64,000 nucleotides of DNA from Patescibacteria group bacterium (GTDB lineage Bacteria; Patescibacteriota; Patescibacteriia; Patescibacteriales; JBAZCA01), in assembly GCA_041661505.1 (NCBI GenBank), contig JBAZUF010000002.1:76201-140200 (forward strand), read 5' to 3'. Shown in pieces: positions 47,969 to 56,998 of the stretch (position 1 is the first letter of the stretch; every line of letters begins with the position of its first letter). A model generated the notes under the pieces. It did not search any database. It saw only the letters and a program-made list of their open reading frames with translations, and was not told the DNA's origin. The translations under genes were made by a program, and so were the position numbers.

Positions 47969-48295
47969 ATGAACAAGTTTTATAAGGTCGTGACGGTTAT
48001 TTTTAGACTCCTCATGTGTGCATGTGGGGGGTGCATCGCTGTCCTCTTTTTATTTGACAGCGGGGCGAGATATTTGAAGGAAGATTTCAACCGGACCCCA
48101 TTGTGGATTTATTTCGCCTTGGTGGCCGGGGTAGCGATATTTGCGGTCCTCGCTTGGATTTCGGACTGGCATAATCAGCCAGTGCTGAAAACGCTACCCC
48201 CAAACCCCACAGAATCCGAGCCCGAATTCTCTGAAGAGGAGGATCGTTCCCCGCTTCAGATTGTCTTACAAAGGAGGGGTGAGAAAGCACACTAG
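47969..48295 (+). CDS. hypothetical small membrane protein (2 TM helices, acidic tail)
   Basis: AGGAGAG lies upstream of the ATG. Two hydrophobic helices. Has its own promoter and terminator. No family recognised. Confidence 0.55.
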   Translation: MNKFYKVVTVIFRLLMCACGGCIAVLFLFDSGARYLKEDFNRTPLWIYFALVAGVAIFAVLAWISDWHNQPVLKTLPPNPTESEPEFSEEEDRSPLQIVLQRRGEKAH

Positions 48296-48305
48296 CAGCA
48301 TACTG

Positions 48306-48363
48306 ACCGGAGTTCAGCACACGCGCATTTACGACGTGTTGCTGGCCTCCGGTTTTCTCTTTT
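48306..48363 (+). terminator. long compound hairpin terminator
   Basis: Outer stem ACCGGAG/CTCCGGT, inner stem CAGCACACG/CGTGTTGCTG, then TTTTCTCTTTT. Confidence 0.7.
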
Positions 48364-48387
48364 AACGGGAGTTGGTATAATAGAAAC

Positions 48388-49230
48388 ATGATTAATTTTC
48401 TCCATACTTTCCAACCCAACCCGATCATGTTTTCGGTTGGCCCTGTCCATATCTACTGGTACGGTTTTTTTATTGTCTTGGGGATTGTTGCCGCGATTAG
48501 CGTTGGCCTTAAGCTGGCGAAATATTACGGTATTAAAACCGATTATATTCTTGATTTAAGCTTTTGGCTCGTTATCGCCGGAATTGCCGGAGCAAGAATT
48601 TTTCATATTTTAATCGAGTGGCAATATTATTTAAGCCAGCCTTCAGAAATTTTTAATTTCCGGCAGGGCGGACTAGCAATTCACGGCGCGATTATTTTTG
48701 GACTGGCGGCGTTATATATTTTTACGAAAAAAAGGAAAATTAATTTTTGGATTTTGTCCGGCCTTTTGGTTCCGGGCCTGGCTTTAGCCCAAAGCTTTGG
48801 AAGATGGGGAAATTATTTTAACCAGGAGCTTTTTGGCAAAGCAACCAGCTTGCCCTGGGGAATCCCTATAAAAATAATGAACCGCCCATTTGAATATATG
48901 AACTTCAATTATTTCCATCCGGCATTTTTATACGAAAGCCTCGGCGACTTGATTATATTTATAATCCTAATAGCCTGGCATGTTATAATTTTGAAAAAGA
49001 AATCCCCCGGCAAGCCATTCAGTTCGGCTGGTAAAAAAATAGTTTTGAGCTATCTGGTTTTATACTCCTTTTTGCGATTTATGACTGAATTTATTAGGGT
49101 TGATCCGGCCTATGTGTTTGCAGGATTAAGGCACGCGCAAATTACGAGCTTGTTGATAATAGCCGCGGCTGGAGCCTGTCTCTTGTATGGATTACGGAAA
49201 ACCGAAGTTAAAATAAAGCCAGCCCCTTGA
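48388..49230 (+). CDS. lgt: prolipoprotein diacylglyceryl transferase
   Basis: 280 aa polytopic protein. Lgt signature region GRWGNYFNQELFG. Confidence 0.95.
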   Translation: MINFLHTFQPNPIMFSVGPVHIYWYGFFIVLGIVAAISVGLKLAKYYGIKTDYILDLSFWLVIAGIAGARIFHILIEWQYYLSQPSEIFNFRQGGLAIHGAIIFGLAALYIFTKKRKINFWILSGLLVPGLALAQSFGRWGNYFNQELFGKATSLPWGIPIKIMNRPFEYMNFNYFHPAFLYESLGDLIIFIILIAWHVIILKKKSPGKPFSSAGKKIVLSYLVLYSFLRFMTEFIRVDPAYVFAGLRHAQITSLLIIAAAGACLLYGLRKTEVKIKPAP

Positions 49231-49303
49231 AAAATAACGGCGATTATGCTAATAATATACTATCTCTCACACATTTTTATAAAGACTTAAAGCATTATTT
49301 ATT

Positions 49304-49576
49304 ATGCCCAATCTACCTTCGGCAAAGAAAGAATTAAGAAAAAGCATCAAGCGGCGGGAAAAAAATCAAAAAGTAATTACTGATTTGCGAAAACTCGTCA
49401 AGAAAGCAATCAAGGCTATTGAAGCCAAAGACGCAGGCGCCAAAAAACTTTTGACCGACTCTTTGAAAGCTATTGATAAGGCCGCCCAAAAACGGATTAT
49501 CAAAAAAAATAACCGCGACCGGAAAAAATCAAGGTTGCATATCCGCTACAATAAAGTTTTTTCGGAAAAAAAATAA
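49304..49576 (+). CDS. rpsT: 30S ribosomal protein S20
   Basis: MPNLPSAKKELRKSIKRREKN... 90 aa, basic. Confidence 0.9.
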   Translation: MPNLPSAKKELRKSIKRREKNQKVITDLRKLVKKAIKAIEAKDAGAKKLLTDSLKAIDKAAQKRIIKKNNRDRKKSRLHIRYNKVFSEKK

Positions 49577-49585
49577 GCTTACAAT

Positions 49586-49615
49586 AAAAATCCCTGCCAT
49601 CCGGCAGGGATTTTT
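49586..49615. terminator. bidirectional terminator between rpsT and holA
   Basis: AAAAATCCCTGCC-ATCC-GGCAGGGATTTTT. Confidence 0.85.
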
Positions 49616-49632
49616 AATAGGCTGACGCGATA

Positions 49633-50613
49633 TTATTTTAGCCCGGCGATTAAAAGATTTAAATTAGTTTTTAAATCCCCTTTCCCGGTTTTTAGATCAA
49701 AGTCGATTTCAACTAACTTACTGACTATTGTCTTCAGGTTTTCGACTTTAAAAAATCGGGCCTGGCTCATTCCTTTTTGGACGATAAACGGATGGAGTTT
49801 TAATATGGAAGCGATATTTCTCGAATTTCCGCCCGAGTCCAGCGCCTGGCGGATGCCTAAAATAATCTTAAATTGCCTTAAAATCATAGAGAGGAGATAA
49901 GAGTCGTTGGCTCCGGACTGGAATTGATCTTCTAAAAGTTTTAGGGCCAGCGCTTTGTTTTTGGCGCCGATGGAATCAGTCAAGGCGAAAATATTGGTAT
50001 CCAGTTTTCCTTTTACCATCTCATGAACGTCGCTTTCCTCAATTTGCGCCTTTTCTCCGGCCGGGGTAATCGCCGCCTTGTAAGCGGCAATTTTTCCCAA
50101 TTCGCTGTTTAACTGCCAGGAATTTTCCGCTAAAGCCATAAGTAAGTCGAGGGCTTTAGGCGTAATTGACGCGCCCAAATCCGAAATCTCCTTTTTTATC
50201 CATCGGGCCAAGTCTTCGCGCGAGAGTTCCTTGAATTCTTGGGAATACTTCTGGGCGGCTAGAAATTTAAAAAGTTCGTTTTTTTCCCCGGCTAATTTTT
50301 CTTTTGACGAAGCCGGGTCTAAAAAAATAATTATATTTTCCCCTTTCTCGTTCTTTTTTAAAAATTTCAGCAGTTCGGCGAAAAGGCCGGCTGACTTATT
50401 AGAGAAAACATTCTCAATGACCGCCATCCGTTTTTTTGAAAATAATGATGCCGGGCTGACCAGCTCGTTAATTTGGTTAAGTGTTGCTTTCTCGCCGTCC
50501 ACCGCGACCAAATCGTTTCCGGCGATGTCTATTTCCCGGCGGAATTTATCTTTTAGCTCGCCTAATTTTCTTTTGGCCCTAAAAGAATCCGGGCCGTAAA
50601 GAAATATAATCAT
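49633..50613 (-). CDS. holA: DNA polymerase III delta subunit
   Basis: 326 aa. N-terminus IIFLYGPDSF...LFSKKRMAVIEN is typical of HolA. Confidence 0.8.
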   Translation of the reverse strand: MIIFLYGPDSFRAKRKLGELKDKFRREIDIAGNDLVAVDGEKATLNQINELVSPASLFSKKRMAVIENVFSNKSAGLFAELLKFLKKNEKGENIIIFLDPASSKEKLAGEKNELFKFLAAQKYSQEFKELSREDLARWIKKEISDLGASITPKALDLLMALAENSWQLNSELGKIAAYKAAITPAGEKAQIEESDVHEMVKGKLDTNIFALTDSIGAKNKALALKLLEDQFQSGANDSYLLSMILRQFKIILGIRQALDSGGNSRNIASILKLHPFIVQKGMSQARFFKVENLKTIVSKLVEIDFDLKTGKGDLKTNLNLLIAGLK

Positions 50614-50620
50614 ACTTGGT

Positions 50621-51943
50621 TTATTTAAGCTTTTTCACTTCCTTCTTAAATTGATTTCCTTTGTCTATGAAGTTTTTAAATATGCTGTAGCTGGGAGAGG
50701 CAGTCGATAAAAGGCAGACTTTGCCTTCTTCGGTATTTTTATAGGCGAATTTTACGGCTTGGGACATTTTTTTGGTTTCCAGCTTCAAGGGGAGCTTCTC
50801 GCCCCGGGCGCGGCAGGCCTTAACGATTTCTTTCCAGATTTTAGCTCCTGAATCAGGAAACAAAACAACATTTTTAACCCGGTATTTTAATATAATTTTA
50901 GCCAGACGGGAAAAGTTATACCCGCGGTTCTCGCCGCCCAATATTATTGTTCCTAAATTATCGCCAAACACTTCAATTGCCGCGATAGTTGATTCGGGCG
51001 TAGTGGAGATGGCGTCGTCGTAAAATTTTATGCCTTTATAAACGCGCGCTAATTCCAGCCGGTGCGGAAGGCCTTTGAAATTTTTTATTGCCTCCCGGAT
51101 AACGGTATTCGAAACTTTTAGGATTTTAGCCGCCGTTATACAGGCGAAAATATTTTCTAGATTGTGTTTCCCTAAAAGCTTGATATCTTTTTGGGAAATG
51201 ATTTTCTCATTCTTATAGTAAACTGCCCCATTCTTGGCCGAACAGGTTTTTGTATAGCTTACCGCCCGGCCTTTCGCGCTTTTCGCCAGGTTAGCCAGGA
51301 ATCGGTAATCGGAATTATAAATGAAGCAGTCATCGCCTCCCTGAAATTTTTCTATATTGGCCTTAGCCTTTTGATAATTTTTAAAACTGCCGTGATAAGG
51401 CATGTGGTCCGGAAAGATGTTTAGAAAAACCGCGATCCAGGGGCTTTTTTTCAAGTCATTTAGCTGATAGCTCGACAACTCATACACGAAAATTTTTCCT
51501 TTACCCGAATTTTTATCTAGAAAATCTAACGGCGGGTTGCCGATATTTCCGACCAACGAGGACTTAATTTTCGCCTTCTTCAGTATTTCGTAAATTAGAG
51601 TGGAAGTGGTGCTTTTTCCTTTTGTTCCGGTTACGCCGATAATTTTTCCCCGGCAGGCTTCAAAAAAGAGTTCTGTCGCCGAAGTAAGCCTGGCTCCTTT
51701 TTTTACGGCTTTGGCAATATCTTTTTCACGGAGGCTTATTCCCGGCGACTTAACGATCAAATCGTATCCGCCGATGTTTTTTAAATAATTTTTCCCGGTG
51801 AAAGTCCGCCCCCTAAAAGAGGAATCAATCTTATTTTTATCGGCAATGGCAAAAGCGGCTTTGGGGTATTTTTTTTTAAGATAGCTAAAAGCACTTTTAC
51901 CTTCAATCCCGAAACCAAGAATTATAATATTTTTATACCCCAT
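50621..51943 (-). CDS. murD: UDP-N-acetylmuramoyl-L-alanine--glutamate ligase (MurD family)
   Basis: GVTGTKGKSTT P-loop and Mur ligase architecture. 440 aa. Confidence 0.9.
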   Translation of the reverse strand: MGYKNIIILGFGIEGKSAFSYLKKKYPKAAFAIADKNKIDSSFRGRTFTGKNYLKNIGGYDLIVKSPGISLREKDIAKAVKKGARLTSATELFFEACRGKIIGVTGTKGKSTTSTLIYEILKKAKIKSSLVGNIGNPPLDFLDKNSGKGKIFVYELSSYQLNDLKKSPWIAVFLNIFPDHMPYHGSFKNYQKAKANIEKFQGGDDCFIYNSDYRFLANLAKSAKGRAVSYTKTCSAKNGAVYYKNEKIISQKDIKLLGKHNLENIFACITAAKILKVSNTVIREAIKNFKGLPHRLELARVYKGIKFYDDAISTTPESTIAAIEVFGDNLGTIILGGENRGYNFSRLAKIILKYRVKNVVLFPDSGAKIWKEIVKACRARGEKLPLKLETKKMSQAVKFAYKNTEEGKVCLLSTASPSYSIFKNFIDKGNQFKKEVKKLK

Positions 51944-51947
51944 AGCT

Positions 51948-53285
51948 TTATCTGGATTTAGAAATTAATTTTCCAAATCCGCCTGGTAAATTTATCGCAT
52001 GAATTTTCAAGGCGGCATTAATTAAGCCTCTTTTATTTTTTATACCCGGCGTTATTTTATTACTGTATTGCTTTAAAATAAAGCTGTTATTTAATTCACC
52101 CTTTTTTAAAGCCAGCTCCATTCCGGCTGTTACTTCTTCGGGCGTACCGACGCAGTCAAAGGGTTTTATATCCTTTTTGCCCAGTAATTCAAGATATAAG
52201 CCTAAAAGCTTCCGGTCATCATACAGGTTTTTCTCGAAAATTCCCAATAGTTCCTTCTTGGAAAGAAAGGCGGAAAGCTGGGAAAAAACAAAAGCGCACT
52301 TAGGGCATTTACCGCACCACCTTTTTTTACTCTTGCCTTTGATTTTAAAATTATTATTGCAACTGGAAAAATAAGGAAAATATTTTTTATGCCTGGAGAA
52401 AATTTCGGAAATTTTCAGTTCAGAAAAAGGCCGAAGCAGGCTGAACGTGGTTATGTCCGGGGTGATGAATTTTTGCACGTAATTATTAAAATCTTTTTCC
52501 GCTTCAAAGCTCTTTGAATATTGATGGTTGATATTTTTTCCCAGGTATTTGACGTTTCCAAAGTTGGCGCTTTGCTCATTGGAAAAAATTATATATTTGT
52601 AGCCATATAAGATTCCGGCCAGGAGCGCGGAAAACGAATAAATGGATGAAATGGGAATATGGCCGTTATAGGCCCCCTTTAGCCCTAAAAGTTTTTTATC
52701 TAAAGTCCTTTCAAACAAAATCCGCTTTTTTCCTATTATCCTCGACACCTCTTTTTGTATTTTACTGTCGCCGAGGCTAAATAAGGAGAAATTAAAATGC
52801 CCGCTATTTAATAATTCAGCTGAAACTATGGAATCTTTTCCTCCGCCGACCGGTACCAGAAAGCTGTTTTTTATTCCTATCTTAACCGGCAAAGTTTTTT
52901 TATCAGCAAAAGGAAATTTGACCAGTTTTCTAAAATCAATTTTGTTTTTATAATAGAATTCGCCCAGTCCAATCGTATAAAGCTTATTCCAATAATCGGC
53001 CTGGGCCTTGCTCAAGGCTCCCGATTTAATGATTATTTTTTTCGGGCAATAGGCTTTCCAATAGCTTACGCCCATTGCCAAATGCAGGCCGAACAGGGCT
53101 TCATTCAGGGCGGCTTTGTTAATTTTGTCCCAGGCGGCCTTATTTTTTAGCTTCAATGTTTCGACAAAATTTGTTTTTTCTCCCAAGCGGTAAAAGAACC
53201 GGATCTCGTTCCTGAATTTGTCCAGTTCAAATTTTTCAAAAGCGAAAGTGTCGATTGATTTTTTTTTCGGTTGACTTTGGGGCAT
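51948..53285 (-). CDS. PP-loop ATPase-like protein with C-terminal Cys cluster; possible MurL-type epimerase
   Basis: VPVGGGKDS (SGGxDS-like) and SSCNNN...WCGKCPKC. The stop lies 4 nt upstream of the murD start. Confidence 0.4.
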   Translation of the reverse strand: MPQSQPKKKSIDTFAFEKFELDKFRNEIRFFYRLGEKTNFVETLKLKNKAAWDKINKAALNEALFGLHLAMGVSYWKAYCPKKIIIKSGALSKAQADYWNKLYTIGLGEFYYKNKIDFRKLVKFPFADKKTLPVKIGIKNSFLVPVGGGKDSIVSAELLNSGHFNFSLFSLGDSKIQKEVSRIIGKKRILFERTLDKKLLGLKGAYNGHIPISSIYSFSALLAGILYGYKYIIFSNEQSANFGNVKYLGKNINHQYSKSFEAEKDFNNYVQKFITPDITTFSLLRPFSELKISEIFSRHKKYFPYFSSCNNNFKIKGKSKKRWCGKCPKCAFVFSQLSAFLSKKELLGIFEKNLYDDRKLLGLYLELLGKKDIKPFDCVGTPEEVTAGMELALKKGELNNSFILKQYSNKITPGIKNKRGLINAALKIHAINLPGGFGKLISKSR

Positions 53286-53354
53286 ATTTATGGCAAGGTT
53301 TTGTTAAGACAAAAATATTTTTAATGTTCCTTTTTAGCGTGCGAGGAGGGCATA

Positions 53355-53660
53355 GTGAAAATTATTGATATGGGCTTATTGGAGGCATTGTCGAGTCTAG
53401 GCGTTAGCTTTGCCTGTTTTGTTGCCGGTATATTTTTTGCGCTGGTAATCAGAACCAAAGACATTGCCACGAACTATCAACTGGCGATTGCCATTGGCCT
53501 CGTTCTCGCGGTCATTGTAATTGGCATTATAGTTGGCCTTGAAGGCATCCGGTACTTTTATCCCGCCTTCCTAAAGCGGTTCTTCGGACGGATAGCCTTG
53601 GCTTGCTACGAATTGCCAAACACATTGACTAGCATGGCCAAAAGGCTGGGCATGTTCTAG
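53355..53660 (+). CDS. hypothetical small membrane protein (2 TM helices)
   Basis: GTG start preceded by GAGGAGGG. Followed by a strong terminator. No family recognised. Confidence 0.5.
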   Translation: MKIIDMGLLEALSSLGVSFACFVAGIFFALVIRTKDIATNYQLAIAIGLVLAVIVIGIIVGLEGIRYFYPAFLKRFFGRIALACYELPNTLTSMAKRLGMF

Positions 53661-53665
53661 ACCCG

Positions 53666-53695
53666 CCGGGGCAATTTCCGCCCCGGTTTTCTTTT
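53666..53695 (+). terminator. rho-independent terminator (overlaps the polA stop on the other strand)
   Basis: CCGGGGC-AATTTCC-GCCCCGG then TTTTCTTTT. Confidence 0.8.
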
Positions 53696-56636
53696 ATCCG
53701 ACAACCTCCATCTCTCCCCAATTCTTCCCGACTTTGGCCTCAACCTCAATCGGAATTTTAAGACTTACAACGTTCTCCATTATATCTTTAATTATTTTGG
53801 CCCATTTTTCAGCCTCATCTTCGCGCACTTCAAATAATAATTCATCATGCACTTGCAAAAGCATTCTGGCGGAAGAATCTTTCAGATTTTTAATTTTTAC
53901 TTCCGGCAAAGCTTCGGCTACTTTAATCATGGCCAGTTTCATGATATCAGCGGCCGCGCCCTGTAAGGGCGTGTTGATGGCCATCCGCTCGGCCGCCTTT
54001 TTAATCTGCATCACCGAAGAATTGATTTCCGGCAAATATCTTTTCCGTCCGAACATGGTCTCGGCATAGCCTTTTTCTTTGGCTTTTTCTAGACTGTCTT
54101 CGATATATTTTTTAATTCCAGTGTGGGCCGCGAAATATTTGTCGATAAATTCTTTGGCGCGATCGTAGGGGATATCCGCGTTTTGAGAAAGTCCATGCGG
54201 ACCCTGGCCGTACAATATTCCAAAATTAGTGGCTTTAGCTTCCCTTCTCATCTGCGGCGTCACCTCTTCTAATTTGACCTGGTTAATTTCAGCGGCGGTT
54301 GATTTATGAATGTCTAGACCATCGCGAAAAGCCCTCGTCATTACTTTATCGCCGGAAACATGAGCGGCCAAACGCAATTCGATTTGGGAATAATCAAGCG
54401 ACAAAAGCCGGCAGCCTTTTTCGGCGATAAACGCTTTTCTTATCTCCCGGCCCAGTTCGGTGCGTATCGGAATATTTTGCAGGTTCGGTTCGGTTGAAGA
54501 CAACCGGCCGGTTGAAGTTATTGCCTGGTTGAAGCTCGTATGCAGGCGCCCGGTCGGTTTAGTAATTAATTCCGGCAAGGCGCGGATGTAGGTGCTTTCC
54601 AGCTTGGTTAATTCGCGGTATTCCATGATTAGAGGAATAATCGGATGCCGATCGCGCATTTTAATTAATTCATCGGCCGAAGTTGATATCCCGGTTTTGG
54701 TTCTCCCGATCCCGGCGGTAGAAATTCCAAGATCAACGAAGAGCACTTCTTTTAACTGCTGGGTAGAGCTTATATTGAATTTTTTTCCGGCCAGCTTGAG
54801 AATTTTTTCTTCCAGTTTTTCTATATCGCGGTTGATATTTTTTCCCATGGCTTTTAAAAAATCAGTATCGATTTTTACGCCGGTTAATTCCATGTCCGCT
54901 AAAATTTGTACTATAGGCATCTCAATGCCAAAGAATAATTTTATCTGGTCCTGCGCCTTTAGCTCTTTTTCTAATTTTTTGGCTAACCTAGCCGTAAAAT
55001 CGGCATCTTCACAGGAATAAAGGCTTAAATTTTCCGCCGAAATTTGCGAAAATGAAATTTTATTTTTTCCCTTCCCCAAAAGCTCTTCCTTGGAAATTTT
55101 TTCAAAGCCGAATTCGGAAAAAGCCAAAGCGTCCAGTCCGTGCTGGCGCGTTCCGGGATTTAGAATGTAAGAAGCGATCATGGTATCGAAATATATTCCT
55201 TCCATTTCCATTCCGAAAGCCTTCAATATTTTATAATCAAATTTTATATTTTGCCCGACTTTTTTTATTTTCGGATTATTTAAAATTGGTTTCAGGCGGG
55301 AAACAATTTTTTCCAGTTCAATGCCTTTTTTGCCGGCCGAAGCAGCCGGAAAAATATCTTCTTTCGCGCTGGCGCTTTGATCAAATAGATTTAAATTTCT
55401 GGCCTTGGCTTCGCAGGCCCCCAGGACGTTTTTTACCTTAACAAAATACGCCTCTTTTTCTTTCCAGGAAAAGCTGACGCCGAGTAAAAGAGAACAATGC
55501 GGATCAAATTCCGAAGTTTCCGTATCGATGGCGAATATCTTTTGTTTTTTTAATTCTTTAACGAATTTTTCAAATTCTTTTTCATCGTCAATCAGCCGGT
55601 AGCTGAAAAGTTTTTTATTTCTTTCGAATTTATCTTCGCCGGATCCGGCCCTGGCCTGGCCGCTCTCCCCGCCGGAATCTTTTTTTATTTTTCCTCCGGG
55701 TGACAGCCCCTGGTTTATTGTAAATTGGGCGTCTATTTCCCTGATTTTTGGAAGGAGAGATTTGAATTCCAGTTCGCTTAACAGCTGAACCAGTTTTTCT
55801 TTGTCATATCGGCCGAATTTCGAATTGGCCAAGCTAAAATCGGTTTTAACGCGGCATTCAATTCGCGCCAGTTTTTGGCTTAAATACGCCTGCTTCTTGT
55901 TTTCAGCTAATAATTGCGCGATGCGCGGCTTGATTTTGTCCGTTTTTTTCTTTCCTTCAAGATATTTATATACGCCATCTAAAGTTTTGAACTTTAATAA
56001 AAGTTCTATGGCGGTTTTTTCTCCGACGCCGGGCACTCCCGGTATATTGTCCGAAGGGTCGCCGCGCAAAGCCTTGTAATCGACCATTTGGGCGGGAACC
56101 AATCCCAGGAACCTTTCTTTGACCTTTTTTTCGTCGTAGATTACATTATCCGAAAGGCCGTGGCTCATGGTATAGACTTTGGTGTGCGGATTAACTAGCT
56201 GCAAGGTATCCAAATCGCCGGTAACGATTATTTTATCGACCGCCCCGTCGACTGTCTGGACAATTGTTCCAATTAAATCGTCCGCCTCATAGCCGGACAT
56301 TTCATAAATTGGGATGCCAAAAGCCCGGGAGACTTCCTTAATTCGCGGAATTTGTTTGTATAATTCCATCGGAGCCGCCGCCCGGTGGGCTTTATATTGT
56401 TCGTAGGCCGCGTGGCGGAAAGTCCGGTCTTTTTTATCCAAAGTCAAAGCGACATATTCGGGCTTTAGTTCTTTTAGGGCCTTCAAAAGCACCATAATAA
56501 AGCCGTAAATCGCGTTGGTCATCTCGCCGGATTTAGTTGTCATCGTTGCCGGCAAAGCGTGAAAACTGCGGTGGATCAGGGCGTTTCCGTCAATGACTAA
56601 TAATTTTGGTTTTTTGATTGAAGCCATTTTTTTCAA
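53694..56636 (-). CDS. polA: DNA polymerase I
   Basis: 5'-nuclease, 3'-5' exonuclease and family A polymerase domains (DYSQIELR, QVHDELLFE). The first ATG is at 56627; the TTG at 56636 opens the ORF. Confidence 0.95.
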   Translation of the reverse strand: MKKMASIKKPKLLVIDGNALIHRSFHALPATMTTKSGEMTNAIYGFIMVLLKALKELKPEYVALTLDKKDRTFRHAAYEQYKAHRAAAPMELYKQIPRIKEVSRAFGIPIYEMSGYEADDLIGTIVQTVDGAVDKIIVTGDLDTLQLVNPHTKVYTMSHGLSDNVIYDEKKVKERFLGLVPAQMVDYKALRGDPSDNIPGVPGVGEKTAIELLLKFKTLDGVYKYLEGKKKTDKIKPRIAQLLAENKKQAYLSQKLARIECRVKTDFSLANSKFGRYDKEKLVQLLSELEFKSLLPKIREIDAQFTINQGLSPGGKIKKDSGGESGQARAGSGEDKFERNKKLFSYRLIDDEKEFEKFVKELKKQKIFAIDTETSEFDPHCSLLLGVSFSWKEKEAYFVKVKNVLGACEAKARNLNLFDQSASAKEDIFPAASAGKKGIELEKIVSRLKPILNNPKIKKVGQNIKFDYKILKAFGMEMEGIYFDTMIASYILNPGTRQHGLDALAFSEFGFEKISKEELLGKGKNKISFSQISAENLSLYSCEDADFTARLAKKLEKELKAQDQIKLFFGIEMPIVQILADMELTGVKIDTDFLKAMGKNINRDIEKLEEKILKLAGKKFNISSTQQLKEVLFVDLGISTAGIGRTKTGISTSADELIKMRDRHPIIPLIMEYRELTKLESTYIRALPELITKPTGRLHTSFNQAITSTGRLSSTEPNLQNIPIRTELGREIRKAFIAEKGCRLLSLDYSQIELRLAAHVSGDKVMTRAFRDGLDIHKSTAAEINQVKLEEVTPQMRREAKATNFGILYGQGPHGLSQNADIPYDRAKEFIDKYFAAHTGIKKYIEDSLEKAKEKGYAETMFGRKRYLPEINSSVMQIKKAAERMAINTPLQGAAADIMKLAMIKVAEALPEVKIKNLKDSSARMLLQVHDELLFEVREDEAEKWAKIIKDIMENVVSLKIPIEVEAKVGKNWGEMEVVG

Positions 56637-56741
56637 TTAACAATTGGCAATTTTAAATTATCAATTGGTTATTTGCCTGATATTATTATACCTTACGGCA
56701 TTTTACAAGTAAATGAAAGTGGTCAAATTTAAGCCAAAATA

Positions 56742-56769
56742 TTGACAACCGCTGATAATTTGTTATAAT
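56742..56769 (+). promoter_or_regulatory. strong consensus promoter upstream of tRNA-Glu
   Basis: TTGACA, 16-nt spacer, TGT-TATAAT (extended -10). Confidence 0.6.
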
Positions 56770-56846
56770 AATTCAAGCTCTGGCAAAGAGCTTTTCTTTT
56801 ACTAAAATTATTGAAAATTGATAATTGTTGATTGAAGATTGATTTT

Positions 56847-56918
56847 GGTCCCTTCGTCTAGTGGTTAGGACACCAGGTTTTCATCCTGGTAACAGGGGTT
56901 CGATTCCCCTAGGGACTA
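56847..56918 (+). tRNA. tRNA-Glu (anticodon TTC)
   Basis: Anticodon arm CCAGG-TTTTCAT-CCTGG and T-arm AGGGG-TTCGATT-CCCCT. Confidence 0.9.
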
Positions 56919-56998
56919 CAAGCACGAGTTAAAAAAACCGGGTTAATAGCCCGTTTTTTATTTTGTGTTTTATGCTAATTGGGGTAAAATTGGGTTAT

